In this document: positions 56,172 through 64,000 of the stretch, in pieces
Position numbering within the stretch: position 1 is the first letter of the stretch
How the letters are laid out: every line of letters starts with the position of its first letter
Assembly (NCBI GenBank): GCA_017380635.1
Contig: JAFODP010000020.1
Span: forward strand, 886-64,885
From: Bacteroidales bacterium
Lineage (GTDB): Bacteria; Bacteroidota; Bacteroidia; Bacteroidales; UBA1402
Reading direction: 5' to 3'
Length of the DNA: 64,000 nucleotides
The notes under the pieces: generated by a model
Told to the model about the DNA's origin: nothing
Seen by the model: only the letters and a program-made list of their open reading frames with translations
Databases searched by the model: none
Translations under genes and position numbers: made by a program

Positions 56172-57150
56172 GATCTCGTCGGAGGTATTGGCGGCTTTTC
56201 TCGATGGAAACGCCACTGCACAAGAAAGCCTGGAGATAATGTGCGAAATCTCTGAAGATGCTTCATTGAGAGAGTTGCTGCATATTTCTCAATTGGTAGA
56301 TGCGGAATTGGGTATCATGCCTCAAGTGGATTGTGAGCTTCTTCCCATGACGGCCATGGCTGCTACGTGCAGCGAAGAGAATCTCTGTAGTTTGGAATGC
56401 GAAAAATTTGTGCTAAGAAAGATGGGTATAGATTTCGACGAACAACAACTCTACGCTGAGGCGCTTCGCTGTGGATGGCAAAAAAAAGAAGGCACGGCTT
56501 TATACAATGTGGGACGCCATTTGGAAGCTAAAGGTCTTGTGGTGACTCGCCAATTTAAAGCGAGGATTGACGATATTGCAAATGCGCTCAAGAAAAATGA
56601 GAGCGTAATAGTTGCGCTTGATGGTGGAGAATTGTTGAATGCCGGATTGTCCGAAATCAGAGAAGACCTTATTGTAGGACAGATTCCCGACCATACGGTA
56701 GTTGTTACATCGTACGATGCTACCGCGCAAAAAATATGCGTATTCGATCCCAATTCTCCGGACGCGGAAGATACCTATCCTTTAGCTCAATTTCTGGATG
56801 CGTGGAGCGATTCTAAAAATTATTTGTTGCGTGTTGTTTCACCCGATACATGTGAATATATTCCACATCCTATCGATTTGTCTGATGTGGTTCTCACCGA
56901 AGATTTGATCGAATTGCGTGAAGCTATCGCCGAAAACGCTCACGAAGTTTGGGCGCAGAATCGTTATGCCGAAGGTTGGCGTTATGGTCCTCAAAGAGAT
57001 GACGATAAATTGCTTCATCCAGATATGATGCCCTATTCCCAACTTCCCGAAGGCGAAAAGGACTACGACCGCGAAATGGCTATGAAGACCATAAAACTTT
57101 TGAAGAAGCTCGGGTATGATCTTGTGAAACGTAAAAATAACAAACAATAG
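56149..57150 (+). CDS. anti-sigma-like N-terminus plus papain/C39-like peptidase-like domain plus C-terminal RyR domain
   Basis: LAAFLDGNATAQES is an anti-sigma-style N-terminus. A Cys...His module (CSLECEKFVL ... DHTVVVTSYD) is a tentative call. The C-terminus IAENAHEVWAQNRYAEGWRYGPQRDDDKLLHPDMMPYSQLPEGEKDYDREMAMKTIKLLKKLGY is a strong RyR-domain match. 23-nt overlap with the sigma gene. Confidence 0.6.
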   Translation: MKKKSVNKISSEVLAAFLDGNATAQESLEIMCEISEDASLRELLHISQLVDAELGIMPQVDCELLPMTAMAATCSEENLCSLECEKFVLRKMGIDFDEQQLYAEALRCGWQKKEGTALYNVGRHLEAKGLVVTRQFKARIDDIANALKKNESVIVALDGGELLNAGLSEIREDLIVGQIPDHTVVVTSYDATAQKICVFDPNSPDAEDTYPLAQFLDAWSDSKNYLLRVVSPDTCEYIPHPIDLSDVVLTEDLIELREAIAENAHEVWAQNRYAEGWRYGPQRDDDKLLHPDMMPYSQLPEGEKDYDREMAMKTIKLLKKLGYDLVKRKNNKQ

Positions 57151-57169
57151 ATTTAAGTTGATTCAGAAT

Positions 57170-58051
57170 ATGATTAAACCTTCAGAATTTATTCATCCTG
57201 AGGACGCAGCAGCATTGCGTCAGTTGGAATCTATTCCGGGATTTCCGATGCTGGTGAAGAAAATTATGGCCATCGGACTTGAACAATTGCAGTATGGTAT
57301 GAATATGGCGACGTCTATCAGGTTGTCGCCCACACAATTGCCAAAATTGTACAACCATCTCCCGCCCATTTGTGAAAAACTTGGTATAGAAGAACCGGAA
57401 TTCTATCTTATGATGGATCCCAATCCAAATGCTTTTACTTTTGGTGATACCAAAATATTTATTGCTGTTACATCTGGCTTGGTGGAAATGATGAGCGACG
57501 AAGAATTAGACGCCGTCCTTGCCCACGAATGCGGTCATATCATGTGTCGTCACGTATTGTATCATAGTATAGCGCGATATATTTTGAGCGGTGTAGATGC
57601 TCTTGGTGTTTTGGGCACACTGACTACACCTATTAAATGGGCTGTCTTATATTGGTATCGCAAGAGTGAGCTTTCGTGCGATCGCTGTGCCAGTATAGTT
57701 GCTTCTCCCGAAGTGGTGGCATCCACAATGGCTCGTTTGGCTGGGGGACCGAAGTCGATTACTGCTCACCTTAATATGGAAGAGTGGGCCAAACAAGCCG
57801 ATAAGTACGATGAAATTTACAACGATGGTTTGTGGAACAAGGCTTTACAAATCTATGTAATCATGGAACAATCCCATCCATTCAGCGCTGTGCGTGTACG
57901 CGAAATTCTGAAGTGGGGAAAGAGTGCTCAGTATCAACGTATCATGCAGGCTATGACCAAGGCCTTAGGTAGCAACGAATGTCCTAACTGTCATCGTTCA
58001 GTGTCATCTGATTGGGGATTCTGTAAATACTGTGGTCATAAACTGAAATAA
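57170..58051 (+). CDS. M48-family zinc metallopeptidase with C-terminal zinc ribbon
   Basis: HECGHIMCRH (HExxH) and a C-terminal CPNCHRSVSSDWGFCKYCGHKL. Start set at the ATG 12 nt inside the track ORF. Confidence 0.75.
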   Translation: MIKPSEFIHPEDAAALRQLESIPGFPMLVKKIMAIGLEQLQYGMNMATSIRLSPTQLPKLYNHLPPICEKLGIEEPEFYLMMDPNPNAFTFGDTKIFIAVTSGLVEMMSDEELDAVLAHECGHIMCRHVLYHSIARYILSGVDALGVLGTLTTPIKWAVLYWYRKSELSCDRCASIVASPEVVASTMARLAGGPKSITAHLNMEEWAKQADKYDEIYNDGLWNKALQIYVIMEQSHPFSAVRVREILKWGKSAQYQRIMQAMTKALGSNECPNCHRSVSSDWGFCKYCGHKLK

Positions 58052-58072
58052 TAAGCTATAAACTATTTGAAA

Positions 58073-58330
58073 ATGAAAGATTTATTCGACGAAAATGGAT
58101 TGTTGAACATCGATATTCTGATGGAACAAACTCCGTCATGGAAGTCTATCATAGCAGATGAGTTGGTGACAGATGAGGAGTTGAAGGAGCAATCTGAAAG
58201 AGTGATGCGCTTGGCAGAAAAACTTCAAGCCGCTTGTAATCAGGAGCAAATAGATTTGGTGAAGGCGTTTTTGGCTGAACTTAACGTGCTGAACATGGCT
58301 TATCATTACAATAGTGTAAAACCAATGTAA
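58073..58330 (+). CDS. small hypothetical helical protein
   Basis: An ORF tightly spaced within the cluster, with no recognisable domain. Confidence 0.4.
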   Translation: MKDLFDENGLLNIDILMEQTPSWKSIIADELVTDEELKEQSERVMRLAEKLQAACNQEQIDLVKAFLAELNVLNMAYHYNSVKPM

Positions 58331-58341
58331 AAGACATAGAT

Positions 58342-58869
58342 ATGGGAACTTTTAATACAAGTAAGATACTATATGTATCGCCTGCATATATTCCAGCCAT
58401 GGCCGAACGTTTGTGTAGAGACTTTCAAGCTGATGGGTACGATGTGGCTTCTGATAATTTGATGAGCGGTGGCATTGAGGTTTCCATCTCAAAAGGTGGT
58501 GTATTCAAATTGGCTTTGGGTATGAAAACCGCGCTGAAAATATCGTTGACACCTCGCGAAGAATCGGTCGTATTCGATGCCAGTGTCGGGATTTTTGGTA
58601 AGCAAATTATACCTGCATTATTGGCTTGGTATGTGGCATGGCCCGTGCTCTTGACGCAAGTATGGGGTTTGATAACCCAATCGAAGTTGGACGACAAGGC
58701 ACTTGCTATTGTTATGGATGTGGCTTCGTCTGGCGATATTTCCGTTGATGCCTCTACTTCTCCGATAGAGAAATCCGACACTACGGGTGAATATTGTTTC
58801 TGTACTCACTGTGGCCACAAAAATCTCATGACTGCAGATAAATGCTCCTCCTGTGGAAAAGACTTATAA
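58342..58869 (+). CDS. hypothetical protein with a TM segment and C-terminal zinc ribbon
   Basis: TM segment IIPALLAWYVAWPVLLTQVWGLI and a C-terminal CFCTHCGHKNLMTADKCSSCGKDL. Confidence 0.5.
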   Translation: MGTFNTSKILYVSPAYIPAMAERLCRDFQADGYDVASDNLMSGGIEVSISKGGVFKLALGMKTALKISLTPREESVVFDASVGIFGKQIIPALLAWYVAWPVLLTQVWGLITQSKLDDKALAIVMDVASSGDISVDASTSPIEKSDTTGEYCFCTHCGHKNLMTADKCSSCGKDL

Positions 58870-58962
58870 ACAATGATTAAAAGATGAATGAAGAGTTGTT
58901 TTTATTTATAAATAATAGAATAACATCTTTAGATATTGTTCTTAAACAATTTATTAAATTTT

Positions 58963-58995
58963 TTGATTAGTATATTTTCTTATACTAATTATCAA
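58963..58995. promoter_or_regulatory. inverted repeat (candidate operator) upstream of the SIR2-like/TIR gene
   Basis: ttgattagtata-ttttct-tatactaat(t)atcaa, ending 23 nt upstream of the ATG at 59018. Confidence 0.35.
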
Positions 58996-59017
58996 GTCTG
59001 TTGATATTTATATATGT

Positions 59018-60382
59018 ATGGCCAGTCATAATGAAATAAGCGAGCGTAATTGGGAGTTGTTACTTGAGGCAATCAATAATAAACGGGTTGTCCCTATTAT
59101 TGGTGACGATTTTTTCTATGTTATCGAAAATGAGCAAGAAATCAGTGTTAGAGAATTCTTAATTAAGAAACTTGCTTTAAGATTTAATGTAACAGATTCT
59201 TTTGTTGATTTTTCTTCTATCGCAGATGCGATAGAACTAGAAAATTTTATGAATCATAAAATACGTTTCATCAACTCCCAAACTGATATATATTATGAAA
59301 TCAATCAGATTCTCCAAACTGAAAAAATCTACGTAAGGGAATCATTGCATCAATTAATTGAGCTAAATAAATTTCCACTTATTCTTACAACCTCATTTAT
59401 TCCAGGTCTTGAAACTCTTTTATCTCAAAAGGGGCATGATTGTGTTTCACTATCATATGAGAAAGCTGCAGATTCAGACCTTACTCCTGCTGTAATGTGT
59501 GGAGATAAAACAATAATATACTACTTGTTTGGACGATGTGGAAAAATAAAAAGGTCATATATGGTAACAGAGGAAGATCTTCTTGAATATATACATTTAT
59601 GGCATGATACAGATGCAAGACCCCCTATACTTACAAAGCAATTAGCCAATAAATTTCTAATGGTTTTAGGTTGTAACTATCCAAATTGGTTATTTAAATT
59701 TTTCTGGCATTCTATTAGAAATTTTTCTTTAATTCCTAATTCTAATCATGGTGATAGAATTATGGAAATTATGCAAGCTATTGTTTCTGTCGATCAGGTG
59801 AAGGATGATGTTGACTTAGAAAGATTTCTGTCCAGAATACACACTTCCATATACAAAAGCAGTAATACGTTCATTCAAGAACTCATATGGCACTGGGGTA
59901 ATTATAAATCTAATATAGAAGAGATAAATCCTTTAGAAGAAAAAGAAGTATTCAACTCGAATGACGAATCAATAGATATATTTATTTCGTATGCAAGTGA
60001 AGATTTACCTATCGCCAATAGATTGGCTGATATGCTTAAGAATCTAGGCGCAAAAGTTTGGTTTGATAAACGTGAACTTGTTCTATCAGATAAATATGAA
60101 AGAGAAATTACTTCTGCTATAACAAAAGCCAAACGTTTTATGCCTGTACTTTCTAAAACAACGCTGATAGAGGAGCCTCGCTTTTTTAGAAAGGAGTGGG
60201 CAATCGCGCATCGTGTACTTGAGGACAGATTTGGATTACCATTTTTTGCTCCAATTACAATTGATGAATGTAACCCTAATGATGAACGTATTCCGAAGAC
60301 CTATCGAGATTGCCATATAATATCATTCCAAAGTGAAGACATTGAGTTGAAGTTGAAAAAGTTTATTAGATCAATTCGCTAA
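59018..60382 (+). CDS. SIR2-like (SIR2_2-type, catalytic residues substituted) domain fused to a C-terminal TIR domain
   Basis: Collinear with ThsA-type SIR2: VPIIGDDFF (GAGLS), LILTTSFIPGLE (TTNYD), IIYYLFGRCG..YMVTEEDLLEY (KMHGD...DDYEKY), FLMVLGCNYPNW (FVGFSFTDPN). TIR: IDIFISYASEDLPIANRLADMLKNLGAKVWFD...FFRKEWAIA. Confidence 0.75.
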   Translation: MASHNEISERNWELLLEAINNKRVVPIIGDDFFYVIENEQEISVREFLIKKLALRFNVTDSFVDFSSIADAIELENFMNHKIRFINSQTDIYYEINQILQTEKIYVRESLHQLIELNKFPLILTTSFIPGLETLLSQKGHDCVSLSYEKAADSDLTPAVMCGDKTIIYYLFGRCGKIKRSYMVTEEDLLEYIHLWHDTDARPPILTKQLANKFLMVLGCNYPNWLFKFFWHSIRNFSLIPNSNHGDRIMEIMQAIVSVDQVKDDVDLERFLSRIHTSIYKSSNTFIQELIWHWGNYKSNIEEINPLEEKEVFNSNDESIDIFISYASEDLPIANRLADMLKNLGAKVWFDKRELVLSDKYEREITSAITKAKRFMPVLSKTTLIEEPRFFRKEWAIAHRVLEDRFGLPFFAPITIDECNPNDERIPKTYRDCHIISFQSEDIELKLKKFIRSIR

Positions 60383-60386
60383 AAAG

Positions 60387-63300
60387 ATGCTGTTAAAAGA
60401 GAACAATCCCTGGTTAGGCTTAGAGTCATATTCAATCAATGATGCCTATAGATTTTATGGACGTGACAATGATATTGAGATTGTTAGTAATGCTATCTAT
60501 GATAATTTTATTACTACAATTTACGGTATATCGGGAGCAGGTAAAACATCTCTTCTTAATGCAGGTTTAACTCCTGCTTTAATTGAAAATAATTATCTGC
60601 CTATTAGGATACGCCTCAATCACAGTTCAGATAAGTCGTATAGCATGCAAGTTATTGATGCTATAACCGCTGCCGTAGATTCTGTTAATGGAGAAGTAGA
60701 ATATGATGGTACTATTTCTCTTGAACAGATTTGCGAAAATGAGAAACTTTGTTTTTTTTTGCATACTAGAGGTTTTTGGACAAAAGACAACTATTCCATC
60801 AGACCCGTAATCTTTATTGACCAATTTGAAGAGTTGTTTACACAGAACGATGATACATATAAGATATCTTCTTTCTTTGAAATGATAAATGCCATTCAAT
60901 ATGATACACCCCCTACTCAAACAAAGGAGCTGCTGGAAAACAGTTCGGGATATTTTGAGCTTAAATGCAATACTAGCAGAATAGTCTTTATCATAAGGGA
61001 AGATTTTCTTGCTCGTTTAGAAGATTATTCATACGGTATAGCAGTTTTAAGAAGAAATAGGATTGGTATAAAGCAAATGAATGGTCATCAGGCTTTAGAA
61101 GTTATTCTTAAACCCAGTCAAGGTCTCATTACACGAGAAGGCGCACTGAAGATTCTAAGCAAAGTTTCAGGTAAGGACGTAATTGATTCAGATCGTTCAT
61201 TAGGTAGGATTTCAATAGACACCTCAATTCTTTCGCTTTTTTGCTCTGAATTGTATCAAAGAGCTGTCGAAGAAAAAAGCGATATTATTACCACGAAGAT
61301 TATTGAGGAATTTGGCAGTAATATTATTGCTCACTTTTACTCAAAGAGTATGGCTCCAGTACCTCCTACTTTAGTAACATATTTAGAGAAACATCTATTA
61401 ACATCTAATGGCTATAGAAATTCTATCGCACTTGAAGATGTTGAGATACCCAAACTTACAAAAGAAGCACTTGCAAGTAATCTCACCCACCTCACAGAAA
61501 AACGTATTATAAGAATTGAAGAGACGAATGGAGTTGCACGTGTGGAATTTACTCATGATGTTTTATGCATGGTTGCTAAGCAACATAGAGATAATAAGAA
61601 ACAGAAGCAACTTAAGACGAAAGAACGAGCGGCCTCAATATTGCGATGTTTAGATTTTTCATTTATTCTATTGCTATGCTATATTTTCTTCTCTTCAGGT
61701 TCTGGGTGGTGGGGATATTATACAATTTCTTCACTTTTAAATCCAACCTCTATTGCAATAGGTTTTTTATTTGTATATACATTTTACGATAAATATAATA
61801 AACAAAACTGTCATTGGAAATTAATATCTTCTATATTTCTATCGCTTTTATTGGTTCCGCAAGATGTTTGGTTTAATTTTAATGATAGTGCTCTAAGACC
61901 AATTAATATTGCTACATTGATACTATGCTGTGCTTCAATTGTTATTAGTACATTTTCCTTTAACCCGTCCAAGCGTACGCAAAAAGGATTCTATTATCTT
62001 TTGCTAGCCACAAATTTCATGATGTTATTATTAAAATACCACATCTTTATAATTGGCTTATTAGCATTATTTTCATTCTTAATACTACTTCCATATAGAT
62101 TCACTTGTGAGAAAAAATCACGTATTTTATCAATAATAGCAACGGTATTACTATTGATATTGTATTTGGGATATGGTAGTGACTTAGGTTTATTTATTGC
62201 CATGTATCCACTTACAACCTTCTTCATAAAATTAAAAGATGGAAATTTATCATTAAAATCAGCACTTATATCTTGCCTAAAATTTGAAGTATATAATAAA
62301 AACAAAAGTCTTAGAGTGATACTTCTCATTGTTGGTATACTTTCTACATTTTCATATTGTTGGGCATATGGCAATTCATTAGCAGATAAAGAAATCATAG
62401 GGAGAATAATATCAGTTGTATTGATGTTTATTCTATTATTTAAATTTTGTCGTGAAATATCTACTAGTTTTAGAGAAATAACAGATCGCCATGATTGTTT
62501 GATACATAAAGGGGCATTAGGAATTTTGATTATTTCAACATGTATATTTTTATGCCAATATATACCATATGGAACCATCTTCATTTTATTTATTTGGTTT
62601 ATCATTTTGACTTCACTAATCGTTTTCGGGTCAAAATTAAGGATTGAAAATAAATGTCTATTTACTGCAATCATTATAGTTGTTATATCTTTAATTATTG
62701 CGCCATTGAATAGTATCGGATACAACATTTTCTCAAATATCAAATATGGTAAAACTCCTCAAAATATAATCCATGCCAATAGAGAATTTATCGTCATTAG
62801 AGATTTTCAAGGCAATTATGGTGTACGTGATAGATATAATATCATCGTACCTGTTAATTATTCCGAGATTCTGAGTGTTGAATTTTATAATATAGATGAT
62901 AATATAATAATTAGTAGAGGTTTAAGCTCATATAATTTAAATAACAATGTTAACGACAAATGGTTATATGTTTTTCCAACGTGGGTGCGTAGAATATTTA
63001 TCAATGGGCTTAACATAAGTAGTAAACAAAATGATATTGACAAAACACCCAATATTAGATTTTTATTAAAAAATAAAGACGGGGGTAATATAACATGGGA
63101 ATGCAATCAACATCTAAATATTCCAAATGTATGTACTTCTGTAATTAATCTATCATCGGAATCTTTATTTGTTGAAAATATATCAGGGGCATTAGATTAC
63201 TTCAAATCATTAGCAGAAGTAAAAGAGAATAATCCGATAATAGCAAAAAAAGTTATATTAAATTGTTTTAAGAAATATCTTTCTCAAGAATATCAATTTG

Positions 63301-63710
63301 ATTCTTTGCAAGAACTAGATGAGTTGTTAGAATCACAGAGTACTCTAACTCATAATACTGCAAATAATTTAAGATTGGCAATGAATAGGTCATATCAACT
63401 TTTACCATTTGTTGATGATACATCATTTGTTAAACTAACGTTGGATACATTGTGTCAATACACAAGACCGCAGAGCAATAAGTCATATGATATTTGGGAA
63501 CATTATAATAATATTTCTAGGTATTATTTATATGGAAAAATGTTTGATAAGGCAGAAGAATACGCAATAAAAGCTATTAAAACGGACTCGTTGTTAAAGC
63601 TCCCATATTTAAATATTATCGAGGCACACATAGCTAGAGGGAGGTATAGTGAAGCTGAGTTTTTATTTAACGAGTATAAAGATGATATGTTTTATCAAGG
63701 GAAAATATAG
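60387..63710 (+). CDS. STAND-type P-loop NTPase with an embedded polytopic membrane domain and C-terminal WG-like and TPR-like repeats
   Basis: NPWLGLESY..FYGRDNDIEIV...IYGISGAGKTSLLNAGLTPAL (Walker A) and RPVIFIDQFEELFT (Walker B) fit the STAND signature. About 12-14 hydrophobic helices span roughly aa 415-775. It ends at TAG 63708-63710, but the frame stays open beyond. Confidence 0.75.
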   Translation: MLLKENNPWLGLESYSINDAYRFYGRDNDIEIVSNAIYDNFITTIYGISGAGKTSLLNAGLTPALIENNYLPIRIRLNHSSDKSYSMQVIDAITAAVDSVNGEVEYDGTISLEQICENEKLCFFLHTRGFWTKDNYSIRPVIFIDQFEELFTQNDDTYKISSFFEMINAIQYDTPPTQTKELLENSSGYFELKCNTSRIVFIIREDFLARLEDYSYGIAVLRRNRIGIKQMNGHQALEVILKPSQGLITREGALKILSKVSGKDVIDSDRSLGRISIDTSILSLFCSELYQRAVEEKSDIITTKIIEEFGSNIIAHFYSKSMAPVPPTLVTYLEKHLLTSNGYRNSIALEDVEIPKLTKEALASNLTHLTEKRIIRIEETNGVARVEFTHDVLCMVAKQHRDNKKQKQLKTKERAASILRCLDFSFILLLCYIFFSSGSGWWGYYTISSLLNPTSIAIGFLFVYTFYDKYNKQNCHWKLISSIFLSLLLVPQDVWFNFNDSALRPINIATLILCCASIVISTFSFNPSKRTQKGFYYLLLATNFMMLLLKYHIFIIGLLALFSFLILLPYRFTCEKKSRILSIIATVLLLILYLGYGSDLGLFIAMYPLTTFFIKLKDGNLSLKSALISCLKFEVYNKNKSLRVILLIVGILSTFSYCWAYGNSLADKEIIGRIISVVLMFILLFKFCREISTSFREITDRHDCLIHKGALGILIISTCIFLCQYIPYGTIFILFIWFIILTSLIVFGSKLRIENKCLFTAIIIVVISLIIAPLNSIGYNIFSNIKYGKTPQNIIHANREFIVIRDFQGNYGVRDRYNIIVPVNYSEILSVEFYNIDDNIIISRGLSSYNLNNNVNDKWLYVFPTWVRRIFINGLNISSKQNDIDKTPNIRFLLKNKDGGNITWECNQHLNIPNVCTSVINLSSESLFVENISGALDYFKSLAEVKENNPIIAKKVILNCFKKYLSQEYQFDSLQELDELLESQSTLTHNTANNLRLAMNRSYQLLPFVDDTSFVKLTLDTLCQYTRPQSNKSYDIWEHYNNISRYYLYGKMFDKAEEYAIKAIKTDSLLKLPYLNIIEAHIARGRYSEAEFLFNEYKDDMFYQGKI

Positions 63711-64000
63711 AATGCAATTACAGAAGATGAGGAAAGAATTATATATGAGAACAACGATAGTGTTTCAATTCTATTAAGATACAATAGTCTTACAAATTCC
63801 TTAACTAGAGACATACCCATATTTGAGTCTTGCGGTTTGATAAATACGATTAATGCACCAGAATACATGGAACTCAAAAGAAAACTTTTACATAGGAAAT
63901 GTGCCATATATGATTCTGCAGAAGACAGAGGAGAGTATTATTTATGCAGGAAGTATGAAACATATATTGACGCAGAAGGAGAATTTTATAGAAATGCATA
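63711..64000 (+). other. in-frame open continuation of the 60387 ORF past its TAG stop (runs off the window)
   Basis: 96 consecutive sense codons in the same frame (NAITEDEERIIYENNDSVSILLRYNSL...GEYYLCRKYETYIDAEGEFYRNA). The first ATG in this frame is at 63867. Confidence 0.5.

Noticed and set aside
61994-62743. 249-aa minus-strand ORF in the low-GC island
   Set aside because: It is antisense to the TM block of the STAND gene. Its I/N/K/F-rich composition reflects AT richness, and it would break an otherwise continuous 1107-codon frame.
1-64000. tRNA, rRNA or riboswitch genes in the intergenic regions
   Set aside because: I scanned the longer intergenic gaps (5605-6255, 15460-15755, 22962-23094, 38515-38695, 51635-52101 and 54442-55298) by eye. 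I saw hairpins and promoter boxes but no cloverleaf-like or rRNA-like sequence. This is not a substitute for tRNAscan or Infernal.

Overview
This is a Bacteroidales-type chromosomal segment. The assignment is an inference from TAnnTTTG -7 boxes, lipoprotein and T9SS C-terminal sorting signals, NigD-like lipoproteins and gene content; the family cannot be determined by eye. Hand-sampled 60-nt lines give about 48-50% GC in the core.

The core carries housekeeping genes: murF, folP-cdaA, pta-ackA, ddl-rluD-PASTA, rpmH (missing from the ORF track) and efp. It also carries a block of glycan-degrading genes (pectate lyase, GH2, a GH78-like protein and others) with no SusC/SusD pair.

Five regions stand out:
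1. 135-5604: a tight, partly decayed operon encoding an ABC-type ATPase, a Sel1 protein, a SprT-like protease, an FtsK gamma-domain protein, an FtsK motor and a shortened DnaE-like protein without catalytic aspartates. It contains a ~145-bp internal duplication scar.
2. 15756-22961: a six-gene hyf/Ehr-like membrane complex. The 'hydrogenase' large subunit has no CxxC Ni-Fe ligands and the NuoB-like subunit has lost all four cluster cysteines.
3. 30914-37050: a complete sugar PTS (EIIA, EI, HPr, EIICB) that appears co-transcribed with a secreted beta-helix protein.
4. 54.5-58.9 kb: a 72-73-bp tandem promoter-like repeat and an integrase remnant, followed by a cluster encoding a sigma factor, an anti-sigma-like peptidase-RyR protein and an M48/zinc-ribbon protein.
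5. 59.0-64.0 kb: a ~25-40% GC island encoding a protein with a degenerate SIR2-like domain fused to TIR, followed 5 nt later by a STAND P-loop NTPase with ~12-14 transmembrane helices. That ORF ends at a TAG but stays open in frame to the window edge. This pair is my best candidate for an undescribed conflict or defence system.

All domain calls come from manual motif recognition. No searches were run.
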